Assembly (NCBI GenBank): GCA_016214545.1 | Contig: JACROH010000003.1 | Location: forward strand, 3,342 to 67,341 | DNA: 64,000 nucleotides | Direction: 5' to 3' | Source: Candidatus Lloydbacteria bacterium | GTDB taxonomy: Bacteria > Patescibacteriota > Minisyncoccia > Phycocordibacterales > 21-14-all-47-15 | In this document: one piece after another, positions 44,919-53,732 of the stretch | Layout: every line of letters starts with the position of its first letter | Numbering within the stretch: position 1 is the stretch's first letter | Translations under genes and position numbers: made by a program | Notes under the pieces: model-generated | What the model saw: the letters and a program-made list of their open reading frames with translations, nothing else | Told to the model about the DNA's origin: nothing | Databases searched by the model: none

Positions 44919-46076
44919 ATGCTCAAGCTTTTTATTGAAAAGAAAGAGATCCAAGATTCAGTACTGCCGATTCGATGGAACATCGACCAAGAAACCACTG
45001 AAAAAATACTTGAGTCGGAAATAGGCGAACCTCTTCTTTTTTTGGTAGCCGTAGGAAAAGATAGGGTAGAACACCGCGAGGTGGTGCCTCTAAAGCAAAT
45101 GATGCACTACCTTCAGCTAAGGACCTCCGGTGAAATTAAAATTTTCGCCGGAATAATCTACTCACAAAACAAATCTCAGTGGGAGCTTAAAAAAATCTTC
45201 CTTGAAAGAAGCAACCACTGTTCCTACCGGACCGAAGTTTTTGAAGAAACAACGGATTCTTTGAAATTAGGGAGGGTCTTCTATAGCATAAATCATGGCT
45301 ATGCGTATTTATTCCGCGAAACTTCCGCGGCCGAAATCAGCATACATGTCCCAAAAGAGGCTTTTGCAAAAGAGCCGCCGAAATGGGAACAAAAATGGGT
45401 CAATTGGTTTTACGAAACAAAGCCCGTTGACCAATGCCAGTATCGCAGACGGCGAATTATCGCCTATACGGTTCAGCCCTTTATTATTAGTGTTTGTTTC
45501 ATTTTAAAGATGGTCCTTAATAGTGCCCTGGTATGTTTTAACGGAGTGATTTGCGGCAGACGAGACACCGAGTGGCGATCGATTATTAGACCTTTCTTGT
45601 ATGCCCCAGACGACAACGGATACGATTCTTCGTCGGTGTACTTCACGAAAAAAGGCGGCAAGACGCAATTCTTACCCTTGTTCCTTTTCAATCCGGCGAC
45701 AATAGTATTTGGGGTGATAATCATGTGGGTGGTTCTATACAAACAATACGACGCAGCGTTTTCGTTTTGGCCGACCTTCGCGTATACCATAATCGCGATA
45801 GGTTCTTTTTCGGTTATTGGAATTACTCTCTATTCCGCGGCAGATTTCCTTGCGTCAGGGAAACTCACAGGGAAACTCAAGAAATACGCCTACTTCAAGA
45901 ATCTGTTTGAAACCGCCAGAGAAGAAAGACGGGCTTATCTTAAAAATGCCTACGCCGTCTTGTCGTCTGAAGTCCCCGAAACGGTTAGCCTGGACACGCT
46001 TCCGAAAGAAAAGCAGACTATTTACTTGAGATTTTTGGATCTCAAGGCAAAGGTTTGCCGTCCTTTTGCAGATTAG
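44919..46076 (+). CDS. Hypothetical membrane protein (soluble N-terminal domain + about 4 TM)
   Basis: ATG at 44919 is preceded by GAAGGAG; the track starts at the GTG at 44799. No family recognised. Confidence 0.5.
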   Translation: MLKLFIEKKEIQDSVLPIRWNIDQETTEKILESEIGEPLLFLVAVGKDRVEHREVVPLKQMMHYLQLRTSGEIKIFAGIIYSQNKSQWELKKIFLERSNHCSYRTEVFEETTDSLKLGRVFYSINHGYAYLFRETSAAEISIHVPKEAFAKEPPKWEQKWVNWFYETKPVDQCQYRRRRIIAYTVQPFIISVCFILKMVLNSALVCFNGVICGRRDTEWRSIIRPFLYAPDDNGYDSSSVYFTKKGGKTQFLPLFLFNPATIVFGVIIMWVVLYKQYDAAFSFWPTFAYTIIAIGSFSVIGITLYSAADFLASGKLTGKLKKYAYFKNLFETAREERRAYLKNAYAVLSSEVPETVSLDTLPKEKQTIYLRFLDLKAKVCRPFAD

Positions 46077-46095
46077 CGAAAGAAACAATCAAAAA

Positions 46096-46127
46096 GCCCA
46101 ATGAATTTAATTCATTGGGCTTTTTTT
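46096..46127 (+). terminator. Terminator after 44919..46076
   Basis: GCCCAATGAA/TTCATTGGGC stem plus TTTTTTT. Confidence 0.85.
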
Positions 46128-46140
46128 AAATTTTTAAAAA

Positions 46141-46345
46141 TTATTTCGTCTGAGCTGAGAGCAAAATAAGAATGGCAATTCTTATTTTGTCCGTGAGGGG
46201 CGAATACTTGGAGCCCCGCAAGACCTTTTGAGATAGATTTGAGCTGAAAGCGAAAATATATCCAAAAGGTGTACTGCTCCTGTAAGGAGCGAAGACCAAA
46301 CATAGGTTCAATTCCTCGGGGCTTTGCCCCGAGGAACCTTTATTT
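46141..46345 (+). repeat. Structured intergenic element, copy B (full length); its 3' end touches the rplE stop codon
   Basis: Same order of segments as copy A. H1 and H5 stems differ by paired substitutions. Confidence 0.85.
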
Positions 46346-46879
46346 CTTAAACGGCACGCCCAGGTGTTCAAGAAAGGCGACCGCTTCATCTTTATTTTTT
46401 GCCGTTGTGACAACCGTAATCGCAAGACCAAACACGTCTTTCAAATCTTCGTCGGCCGTCTCGGGGAAAATCGTATGTTCTTTCAATCCGAGCGTTACGT
46501 TTCCGATGGCGTCGATTGCCGACTTACTGAATCCGCGGAAGTCGCGCATGCGGGGCACCGCAATATTAAAAAGCTTATCGAGAAATGCGTACATTCGTGC
46601 GCCACGGAGCGTTACGACATATCCGACAGGATCTCCCTCTCGGAGCTTAAACGTTGCAATCGATTTCTTTGCGCCGCGCAACGCCGGTTTTTGTCCGGTA
46701 ATTTTTGCCAACCGACTCGCGACTACTTCATTTCGCTGCTTTTTGTCTTTGGCAGAGCCAGTCCCCGCGCTCACCGCAACCTTAATCACGCGCGGAGCTT
46801 GCATAGTATTGGTGTACCCAAATTTAGCTTGGAGCGCCTTGAAAGCGGTTTTTTCGTTTTGTTTTGTTGAAATCATCAT
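46340..46879 (-). CDS. rplE: 50S ribosomal protein uL5
   Basis: Typical uL5 sequence; synteny after rplX. Confidence 0.95.
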   Translation of the reverse strand: MMISTKQNEKTAFKALQAKFGYTNTMQAPRVIKVAVSAGTGSAKDKKQRNEVVASRLAKITGQKPALRGAKKSIATFKLREGDPVGYVVTLRGARMYAFLDKLFNIAVPRMRDFRGFSKSAIDAIGNVTLGLKEHTIFPETADEDLKDVFGLAITVVTTAKNKDEAVAFLEHLGVPFKK

Positions 46880-46897
46880 ATACGTATCTTAAAAAGA

Positions 46898-47203
46898 TTA
46901 TATTGCGTTGCCGCTTTTTGCGCTTACGCGCACTTTTTTATTTCCGTCGGTCTTCATGCGCACGCGTGACGGCTTGCCGCTTTTCGAATCAACCAACATT
47001 ACGTTTGAAACGTGCATCGGCGCCGGATATTCCACGATCTGCCCCTTTTGTCCGCCGCGTCGCGCTCGCTGGTGTCTCTTTTTTATATTAACGCCCTCAA
47101 CAACCACCCGTCCTTCTTTCGGAAACGCTTTCAGGATTTTTCCTTTTTTTCCTTTGTCTTTGCCGGTAATTACGGCAACCGTATCATTTTTTTTGATATG
47201 CAT
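46898..47203 (-). CDS. rplX: 50S ribosomal protein uL24
   Basis: MHIKKNDTVAVITGKDKGKKGKI (KOW motif). Confidence 0.95.
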   Translation of the reverse strand: MHIKKNDTVAVITGKDKGKKGKILKAFPKEGRVVVEGVNIKKRHQRARRGGQKGQIVEYPAPMHVSNVMLVDSKSGKPSRVRMKTDGNKKVRVSAKSGNAI

Positions 47204-47214
47204 GGCAGTGATAA

Positions 47215-47586
47215 TTAAACGACTTCCGGCGCAAGCGATATTACTTTCTGATATCCGGCATCCGCAAGCTCTCGGGGTATCGGCCCGAAGACACGCCCGC
47301 CCCGCGGTTCTTTTTTATCGGGATCGACAATAACTACCGCATTTTCATCAAATCGAATGTATGAACCGTCTTTCCTGCGAAACGGTTTCCTCTGACGAAC
47401 CACCACCGCTTTCAAGACATCTTTTTTCTTCACCTGTTTGCGCGGCTCGGCAACCTGCACCGACAACACGACAATCTCTCCGATTTCCGCATAACGTTTT
47501 TTAGAACCGCCAAGCACCTTGAAAATGCGCCCGATTTTACCGCCGGTGTTGTCTGCAATTTTTACTATGGATCGTGGTTGAATCAT
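47215..47586 (-). CDS. rplN: 50S ribosomal protein uL14
   Basis: MIQPRSIVKIADNTGGK; 123 aa. Confidence 0.97.
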   Translation of the reverse strand: MIQPRSIVKIADNTGGKIGRIFKVLGGSKKRYAEIGEIVVLSVQVAEPRKQVKKKDVLKAVVVRQRKPFRRKDGSYIRFDENAVVIVDPDKKEPRGGRVFGPIPRELADAGYQKVISLAPEVV

Positions 47587-47603
47587 GATAGCTATTTAAA
47601 AAT

Positions 47604-47876
47604 TTATCCGGTGACGACTTTAAAATGTTTATCTTTTGAAAGCGGGCGGGTTTCTTCTATTTCCACCATGTCCCCCACTTTATAGGTGTTTGCTTCGTCG
47701 TGCGCTTTGTATTTTTTGCTCTGTTTGACGCGCTTTTTATACTTTGGATGCTCAACGAAACGATTCACCAAAACAACAATCGTTTTGTCCATTTTATCGG
47801 ACACGACGACGCCGCGGAGCCTTTTACCTGTCGGCCGGAGAGATGCGTCTGTTTTTTTTGTTGCTTTGGTATTCAT
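47604..47876 (-). CDS. rpsQ: 30S ribosomal protein uS17
   Basis: [14 protein letters not shown]...[18 protein letters not shown]. Confidence 0.95.
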   Translation of the reverse strand: MNTKATKKTDASLRPTGKRLRGVVVSDKMDKTIVVLVNRFVEHPKYKKRVKQSKKYKAHDEANTYKVGDMVEIEETRPLSKDKHFKVVTG

Positions 47877-47883
47877 ATGAAAA

Positions 47884-48090
47884 TTATTTAGCTTCGTTTT
47901 TACGGATGTTCAGTTCGGTTAGAATACGGGCGACGACTTTGCGGCGATTCGCCGATTCTTTTACGTTTTTTGTCTTGCTGCCGGCGGCACCAAACCGAAA
48001 TTGTCGCAGCGCTTCCCGATTGTCGGCAAGCTCTTTCTTCAAATCGGCATCGGTCTTTTTTTTAATATCTTTTTGTTTCATGTTTGCCAT
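47884..48090 (-). CDS. rpmC: 50S ribosomal protein uL29
   Basis: Length 68 aa, a LRQFRFGAA-type helix pattern, and synteny. Confidence 0.88.
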   Translation of the reverse strand: MANMKQKDIKKKTDADLKKELADNREALRQFRFGAAGSKTKNVKESANRRKVVARILTELNIRKNEAK

Positions 48091-48096
48091 ACCGAA

Positions 48097-48516
48097 TTAC
48101 CGCGTTATTACTTTGGACTTGAGCGGAAGTTTTGACCCGGCCTTCCGAAGCGCTTCGTGCGCAACTTCTTCGCCGATTCCGTCGACTTCAAAAATTACCC
48201 GCCCGGGCTTTATCTCGACGGAATATCCCTGCAAATCCCCTTTGCCTTTTCCCATGGGAGTTTCCGCACCTTTCGCCGTATACGGGCGGTCCGGAAAAAT
48301 GCGGATCCACATCTTCCCCGTCTTGCCCATGGTGCGAGAAATCACCTTTCGCGCCGCTTCAATCTGGTTTGACCTGACACGGGCGGGAGACGTGGCCTTC
48401 AGCCCGAAAGAGCCGAAAGAAATTTTTGTTCCCCTCGTGTCGGGGTGCGCAAGTTTCAGCGGATTCCTCCGTCCGGTCTGCCATTTTCTAAATTTTACTT
48501 TTTTTGGAAACAGCAT
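48097..48516 (-). CDS. rplP: 50S ribosomal protein uL16
   Basis: MLFPKKVKFRKWQTGR... Confidence 0.96.
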   Translation of the reverse strand: MLFPKKVKFRKWQTGRRNPLKLAHPDTRGTKISFGSFGLKATSPARVRSNQIEAARKVISRTMGKTGKMWIRIFPDRPYTAKGAETPMGKGKGDLQGYSVEIKPGRVIFEVDGIGEEVAHEALRKAGSKLPLKSKVITR

Positions 48517-48521
48517 GTTAA

Positions 48522-49202
48522 TTACATTCTTACCGGCGCATCTTTTTCGACCTGGAAGACCTCCCCTTTATAAATCCATACTTTAATGCCGATATCGCCG
48601 TAAGGCATGTGCGCCTTCTCGCGTGCAAAATCGATATCCGCACGAAACGTCTGAAGCGGAATGGTCCCGCGCTTGATGCTTTCTCGTCGTCCCATATCAG
48701 CGCCTCCCAATCGCCCCGAAAGCGCAATCTTTGCCCCCTTCACGTTTCGGTTTGCCATCACCTTTTCAATCATTTGTTTTAAAATCCGTCGAAAAGTCAG
48801 GCGCTTCTCCAGCCCTTCCGCGACCATCTGAGCGACGAGCGCCGCATCAGCTTCCGGCTGCTTCACCTCTTCGATGTCGACTTTTATATCTTCCGGAACC
48901 GCAAGCGAGCGCTTTTTAAAGAAAGCGACGATTTCTTCTTTGAGTTTGACCGAGCCTTCACCGCCGCGGCCGATGATAACGCCCGCCCGTCCTGTTTTTA
49001 TGATAATTCGAAACGTATTGCGGTTTCGTTCAATTTCAATACCGGAAACAAGATTGCCGCGCAATCGCTTTTCGAGATATTCGCGAACAAGCACGTCTTC
49101 TTTCAGTGTTTTTGCATATCCCTTGCCAACGCCAAACCAGCGAGATTTCCAATCTCTTAAAATAACGAGGCGATGAGCATATGGATGGACGACGTGGGAC
49201 AT
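48522..49202 (-). CDS. rpsC: 30S ribosomal protein uS3
   Basis: KH-domain region (FRIIIKTGRAGVIIGRGG); synteny. Confidence 0.96.
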   Translation of the reverse strand: MSHVVHPYAHRLVILRDWKSRWFGVGKGYAKTLKEDVLVREYLEKRLRGNLVSGIEIERNRNTFRIIIKTGRAGVIIGRGGEGSVKLKEEIVAFFKKRSLAVPEDIKVDIEEVKQPEADAALVAQMVAEGLEKRLTFRRILKQMIEKVMANRNVKGAKIALSGRLGGADMGRRESIKRGTIPLQTFRADIDFAREKAHMPYGDIGIKVWIYKGEVFQVEKDAPVRM

Positions 49203-49232
49203 GATAAAAAATTTAGAATATAAAAAGTAACA

Positions 49233-49586
49233 TTATTTTTTTGTTTTCTTGTTGTGCTCTTTCTCTCCCAAAATAAGAGTAACGTGGCTTGAGCGTTTGT
49301 TGATAGGCGTCGCGCGACCCATAGCCCGCGGCATACTTCGCTTAAGTGTTACCCCTTTGTTAACCTGAATCTCTTTCACAAACAACGACTGCAACTCTTT
49401 CCCTTCGCCGTTTTGTTTTGCGTTGGCAATCGCCGATTCAAGCAACTTCTTGAGCGGCGCCGTCGCACGCTTCGGGAGAGCCGAAAGAGCCACCAGAGCT
49501 TCGGGGACCAGCTTGCCGCGTATCGCACTGGCGACTAAGCGCACTTTACGAGGAGATTGTCTGTAATTTTTGAGAAAGGCACGCAT
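49233..49586 (-). CDS. rplV: 50S ribosomal protein uL22
   Basis: YRQSPRKVRLVASAIRG... Confidence 0.95.
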   Translation of the reverse strand: MRAFLKNYRQSPRKVRLVASAIRGKLVPEALVALSALPKRATAPLKKLLESAIANAKQNGEGKELQSLFVKEIQVNKGVTLKRSMPRAMGRATPINKRSSHVTLILGEKEHNKKTKK

Positions 49587-49619
49587 AAATAAATGTTTTT
49601 AACGAGACCGGGTGGTTCT

Positions 49620-49970
49620 TTATTTCTTTTTTGTTGTATCGACAGTAGTCGCTTTTGCGGCCTGAGCGGCGGCAATTTCGGCTTCTTTCTTTTTCTGTTC
49701 GATTTCTTTTTGCATCTTTCCGCCGTGTCGAACAAATTTCTTTGTCGGAGAAAATTCCCCCAAGCGATGCCCGACCATTTCTTCTGAAACCAGCACTTCG
49801 ATGTGGTCTTTGCCGTTGTATACGCCAAAGGTAAACCCGACCATTTCGGGAGAAATTTGACCTCCGCGCGCCCACGTCTTAACAACCCCGGCTTGCTCCG
49901 GTTTCTTTCCCTGAATTTTTTTCAGGAGTTTTTCGTCCACATAGGGACCTTTTTTGAGCGAACGTGTCAT
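49620..49970 (-). CDS. rpsS: 30S ribosomal protein uS19 with K/E/A-rich C-terminal extension
   Basis: Start at the ATG at 49970 ([19 protein letters not shown]); the track ORF extends to 50036. About 25 extra C-terminal residues. Confidence 0.93.
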   Translation of the reverse strand: MTRSLKKGPYVDEKLLKKIQGKKPEQAGVVKTWARGGQISPEMVGFTFGVYNGKDHIEVLVSEEMVGHRLGEFSPTKKFVRHGGKMQKEIEQKKKEAEIAAAQAAKATTVDTTKKK

Positions 49971-50007
49971 ACGACAAATGAAAACGCCCACACAAGGGCT
50001 GCCCCAT

Positions 50008-50036
50008 ATACTAAACAAAAGCGTATTTATTGTCAA
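50008..50036 (-). promoter_or_regulatory. Sigma70-type promoter for the rpsS..rplE unit (TTGACA-17-TAGTAT)
   Basis: RC of 50031..50036 is TTGACA; RC of 50008..50013 is TAGTAT; the spacer is 17 nt. It lies just downstream of a terminator. Confidence 0.6.
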
Positions 50037-50087
50037 TAAAAGAAGCCTATGTTTTTATAGACCCCAGCCCACCCCAGAGAACCGGAA

Positions 50088-50130
50088 CTAAAAATCCCGT
50101 ATTCGTTATTATCTAAAACGAATACGGGAT
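50088..50130 (-). terminator. Terminator after the MBL-fold gene
   Basis: 14-bp stem ATCCCGTATTCGTT/AACGAATACGGGAT followed on the minus strand by TTTTTAG. Confidence 0.8.
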
Positions 50131-50144
50131 TAAATCACTCGCGC

Positions 50145-51179
50145 TTATTCATACACACAAGGCATCGGCATTGCGAAACCGGCAAAGCCATCGTCAAGAA
50201 CGCGCCGGTCACCCCCGAGCATGCCGTCATCGTCAACGGGCCTCATGCCGTCATCGCAATGGTAGAGATATATTTTTTTCTTTATTTCATCGGGGAGGCC
50301 GCGCAAATCGCCATAATACGCGTGGACCCCGCCCGAAAACGATTGGCAGTCGTGAAAAATCGTTTCGCATTTATCACCAATTCTCATAAAAACTTCCGGG
50401 TCAAACTGTGTGTCTCCGGAAATCATGACGCGCCCGTCGACAATCAACCCACACGAGAAAAAATTTTCTTCGAGGGTGCGTGTCATGTCGGGAATATGTT
50501 TGGTGCGATACAAAAGAAAGTGTATGGCGCTTTCTCTTTCTCCAATCGTGCACTCCCAAACGTCGCGACCGTACTTCTCGTTAAAAATTTTATGCGGCGG
50601 TGTCAGCCTGAAAAAATGGTCAATCCCCATGGGCTGTGTCGGGCCTCCGTTTGTCATGCTCTCAGAGTACCCCATACCTCCCACGAGACTCTTCTCCCAA
50701 AGAGCTTTGGCATACTCATACGGCACATGCAGATACGGAAGCATTTCTTTTCCGGCCTTGATTTCATTGATGCGTTCGAGAAACGCCGGCGTTCCGGGTG
50801 TGTATCCCTCCATGGCCTTTTTCACCGGCGCTTCATATCGCGCCTTGAGTCCGCATTCTTCAAGCGAGCCGATGTGGTCGGCATGGCTATGGGTCACGAT
50901 AATATGTTTGATGTCGTTTACCGATAACCCAAATTCGCGCATTCGGAAGGTTGCCTTCGTCCCCAGATCAACAAAAACCGACGTCTTCCCTTTGGTGACG
51001 ATCAGATTACTCTGAAACTGGTTGTTTGAAAACGCCGAGCCGCAACCAAGAAAACTGATTCGCAACTTATCCGGGTCACTTTGCAGAGGGAACGGGAGTT
51101 CCCATTTCCACTTCCCCATTTTTAGACGATGACCAACGGGAAAATATTTGCCCAAATCCACTGTAATTTCTTTAAGCAT
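50145..51179 (-). CDS. MBL-fold metallo-hydrolase
   Basis: HSHADHIG (HxHxDH) motif. Confidence 0.75.
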   Translation of the reverse strand: MLKEITVDLGKYFPVGHRLKMGKWKWELPFPLQSDPDKLRISFLGCGSAFSNNQFQSNLIVTKGKTSVFVDLGTKATFRMREFGLSVNDIKHIIVTHSHADHIGSLEECGLKARYEAPVKKAMEGYTPGTPAFLERINEIKAGKEMLPYLHVPYEYAKALWEKSLVGGMGYSESMTNGGPTQPMGIDHFFRLTPPHKIFNEKYGRDVWECTIGERESAIHFLLYRTKHIPDMTRTLEENFFSCGLIVDGRVMISGDTQFDPEVFMRIGDKCETIFHDCQSFSGGVHAYYGDLRGLPDEIKKKIYLYHCDDGMRPVDDDGMLGGDRRVLDDGFAGFAMPMPCVYE

Positions 51180-51324
51180 GGCTGCCTCCTTTGTAAGAGT
51201 TTGTGTGTCAAAAAACTGTGAATAACTGGGAAAAACTTTAACACGGCAAGATGCTCTTTGTCAATAAATATTGGAAATATCAAAATCTATGCTACAGTAA
51301 AAGGCGTTGCGAGAAATTATATTT

Positions 51325-51350
51325 GCGCGCTTAGCTGTCTTGGTAGGCTC
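51325..51350 (+). pseudogene. Degenerate duplicate of the 5' part (acceptor + D arm) of tRNA-Val
   Basis: GCGCGCTTAGCTGTCTTGGTAGGCTC compared with GCGCGCTTAGCTCAGTTGGTAGAGC in the gene 76 bp downstream. Confidence 0.7.
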
Positions 51351-51400
51351 AAAAGGCGCAAGATATAATTAATTGAAATTTTTGAGATTTAAATAAGAAT

Positions 51401-51476
51401 GCGCGCTTAGCTCAGTTGGTAGAGCAACCCGTTTACACCGGGAAGGTCGGGGGTTCAAGTCCCTCAGCGCGCACCA
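51401..51476 (+). tRNA. tRNA-Val (anticodon TAC), CCA encoded
   Basis: GCGCGCT TA GCTC AGTTGGTA GAGC A ACCCG TTTACAC CGGGA AGGTC GGGGG TTCAAGT CCCTC AGCGCGC A CCA. Confidence 0.9.
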
Positions 51477-51610
51477 AAAATGAGCGCGCGAGAAAAATTT
51501 TCGTCAGAAAATTTATTCGTGACCAAGTCTAAAAAAGCGCGCACAAACGAACGAAGTGAGTGCCGTGCGCGCTGAGGCGCAGCTTTTCTTGCAAGAAAAG
51601 CGTCGCGCGG

Positions 51611-51680
51611 AGTCCGCCCGAGGCGGACGTGAGAAGCGAATACATGGAGCTTCGCAAGACTCATTGAGGATTTTTGTGAG
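51611..51680 (+). repeat. Structured intergenic element, copy D (5' part only: H1, H2, 5' strand of H3), cut off at the island boundary
   Basis: GTCCGCC cga GGCGGAC GTGAG AAGC GAATACATGGA GCTT CGCAAGACTCATTGAGGATTTTTGTGAG aligns with copy C, then similarity stops at 51680. Confidence 0.75.
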
Positions 51681-51682
51681 GA

Positions 51683-52477
51683 TTAGGAATTAATTTTTTC
51701 TTCTTTTTTCCACAATACCTCAAATATACTTTTAAACATTGCTACAATATATTCGTCCTCAATAAGAACTAGGAGCGGTGCTTTTGGTTGCCATATAATA
51801 ACTTTGTTCGCATAAAGCATAAATCCAGTTACGAATCGAATAGAACCTTTGAATATTTTGGTTGTTCTCATTCCTTCGGCGTCTGTCTCCTGCAGAGTAT
51901 CGGCGTCTTCACCGGAAGTAAGGAGACAGTCTATATGAATACCTTTTTCTTTTCTCTTTTTTATCCATTCATTCTCTGTGTTCCATCCGATAAGTCCAAT
52001 AAAATCGTCAGCTGAACCTAAGTATTTGATGCTTTCTTTTGCTTCATCAAGAATTTGAAAAAATATTTTCATCCACTGCTCACGACTATCATAAACTCGT
52101 ATCTTGGTCGGGGTTTCACCTTGATGATAATTAGCAAGAAGTTCTGGCATTGCCACAACAAGTGTTTGATCAAGATTTGCCATTGTTTCTCTTTTGTCCT
52201 GCAAAAGTTCTAATATCAAAGTCGGTGGCTCTACCACAAATATTCTTGCATAACGTTTTTTCTCCGAAAACTTCGCTAGCCTGTGTTTTTCTAAGCCCGA
52301 AATAGCTTTGTAGACATTAGGACGAGAGGTATTAAGATGCTCGGCTAATATTGCAATACTTGTGGGACCGAGAGTAAGAGATGTTAGATAAAGATTCGCC
52401 TCAGACTCTAAAAGGCCTAATTCCTTTAGGGCAGTGTGTAGACTTTTCTTTATTTCTGTTTCTTGATTTGTAGCCAT
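51683..52477 (-). CDS. TrmB-family transcriptional regulator
   Basis: N-terminal winged HTH (LGLLESEANLYLTSLTLGPTSIAILAEHLNTSRPNVYKAISGLEKHRLA) plus a C-terminal effector-like domain. The DNA is AT-rich. Confidence 0.6.
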   Translation of the reverse strand: MATNQETEIKKSLHTALKELGLLESEANLYLTSLTLGPTSIAILAEHLNTSRPNVYKAISGLEKHRLAKFSEKKRYARIFVVEPPTLILELLQDKRETMANLDQTLVVAMPELLANYHQGETPTKIRVYDSREQWMKIFFQILDEAKESIKYLGSADDFIGLIGWNTENEWIKKRKEKGIHIDCLLTSGEDADTLQETDAEGMRTTKIFKGSIRFVTGFMLYANKVIIWQPKAPLLVLIEDEYIVAMFKSIFEVLWKKEEKINS

Positions 52478-52633
52478 AAAATAAGGGTTTTTTTGATTAA
52501 TTGTATATTTCTAATATACACTATAGGTAAAAATAAATCAAATACTTGACAAAGTTGTTTGTTTAGAATATACTCAATATCAGAAAGCTGAGGGATGGCC
52601 CCGAAGCTACACAAATTCATTAAGGAGGTTCAA

Positions 52634-52861
52634 ATGGACAGTAATCAAATTAGGGTAATTAAGAATGACAAAGGAACATATATAGAATTCCCGTGTTGTA
52701 AAACAAAAGTCAATTCGAATGATTTTGGTGGTCCGTTTGGTGGGGCTGTTGCAAGCGAGAATTGTCAAAAGTGCAATAAGCTCCTGTCTTTGAAGGGTAA
52801 GTCGTTCATTATAGTGGACAACGATGGGAAAGAATTATATCGAAAGCCTCCCATTTGTTAA
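52634..52861 (+). CDS. Small zinc-ribbon-like protein (75 aa)
   Basis: ATG at 52634 preceded by AAGGAGG. Contains CC...(30 aa)...CQKC. Confidence 0.45.
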   Translation: MDSNQIRVIKNDKGTYIEFPCCKTKVNSNDFGGPFGGAVASENCQKCNKLLSLKGKSFIIVDNDGKELYRKPPIC

Positions 52862-52948
52862 GAAACTATCGCCTATTAAGGTCTGAGACACCCTAATTAA
52901 AAATCCAGAACCCCCTCTGAAGGACCATCCTTCGCCGGGGGTTTTTAT

Positions 52949-53308
52949 TTATTTTTTCACCCCATGCGCCACGGGCCTCCCCTTTTCGTCAATCGCGACG
53001 TACACAATTTTTGCTATGTTCACGATTTCTTCTTTCGTAGTGTAATTGCGCACGCTACATCGAATAGAAAATGACGTGCGCCCGACGGCGGCATCCTCAA
53101 CTCCGATTTCAATAATATCACCTTGCTTTGCTGGTCTGACAAAATCAATTTCGCTGATGAATTTTGTCGTGATGTGTTTGGTGCCCAACTTGCAAATGCT
53201 GTACACCGCACACTCTTCATCAATCCACTCCAAAAGCCGCCCGCCAAAAAGCGTGTTCGCGGAATTCAAGTCATGCGGCTTGATCATTTTTCTGCTTATA
53301 TATTCCAT
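52949..53308 (-). CDS. Acyl-CoA thioesterase (hotdog fold, YciA-like)
   Basis: PHDLNSANTLFGGRLLEWIDE...ITTKFISEIDFVRPAKQGDIIE...GRTSF. Confidence 0.75.
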   Translation of the reverse strand: MEYISRKMIKPHDLNSANTLFGGRLLEWIDEECAVYSICKLGTKHITTKFISEIDFVRPAKQGDIIEIGVEDAAVGRTSFSIRCSVRNYTTKEEIVNIAKIVYVAIDEKGRPVAHGVKK

Positions 53309-53320
53309 AATTTAAAAGTA

Positions 53321-53392
53321 TGCCCCCGCAAGGAATCGAACCTTGATCTAGAGCTTAGAAGGCTCTCGTTTTATCCATTAAACTACGGGGAC
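53321..53392 (-). tRNA. tRNA-Arg (anticodon TCT)
   Basis: GTCCCCG TA GTTT AATGGATA AAAC G AGAGC CTTCTAA GCTCT AGAT CAAGG TTCGATT CCTTG CGGGGGC A. No encoded CCA. Confidence 0.9.
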
Positions 53393-53423
53393 TAAATATT
53401 GATAATTATTTGCTCTGTGTTTA

Positions 53424-53732
53424 TTATTTCTTTGTTTTACCCCAATAACCAAGCTGAATGTAAGATTTGCGCCTATGACAATTAGCACACCTTATGTCAC
53501 ATTTATTTATTTCTATCAAAACTGATTTCCATGAATAATGCCCCGATAGCATTTTTGCCACAGATTTAAATTTAGTATGCGGATTTAAATGATCAAAATC
53601 AAGAACAACAGGATCCTTCTCTCCACAATCAACACATTGTTTTGAGGACAAAAAATCTAGCAACCGCTCCCTTATTTTAACGCGGTGCCTTTTTTGTGCT
53701 TTATATAAATCTTCTCTGTGTTTATATGGCAT
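53424..53732 (-). CDS. Free-standing HNH endonuclease
   Basis: CVDCGEKDPVVLDFDHLNP...IRCANCHRRKS. I use the ATG at 53732. Confidence 0.75.
   Translation of the reverse strand: MPYKHREDLYKAQKRHRVKIRERLLDFLSSKQCVDCGEKDPVVLDFDHLNPHTKFKSVAKMLSGHYSWKSVLIEINKCDIRCANCHRRKSYIQLGYWGKTKK

Noticed and set aside
44799-44998. Apparent overlap of the divergent genes 44093..44998 (-) and 44799..46076 (+) as given in the track.
   Set aside because: Both have better internal starts: the ATG at 44794 directly before the signal-anchor helix, and the ATG at 44919 preceded by GAAGGAG. Using these removes the overlap.
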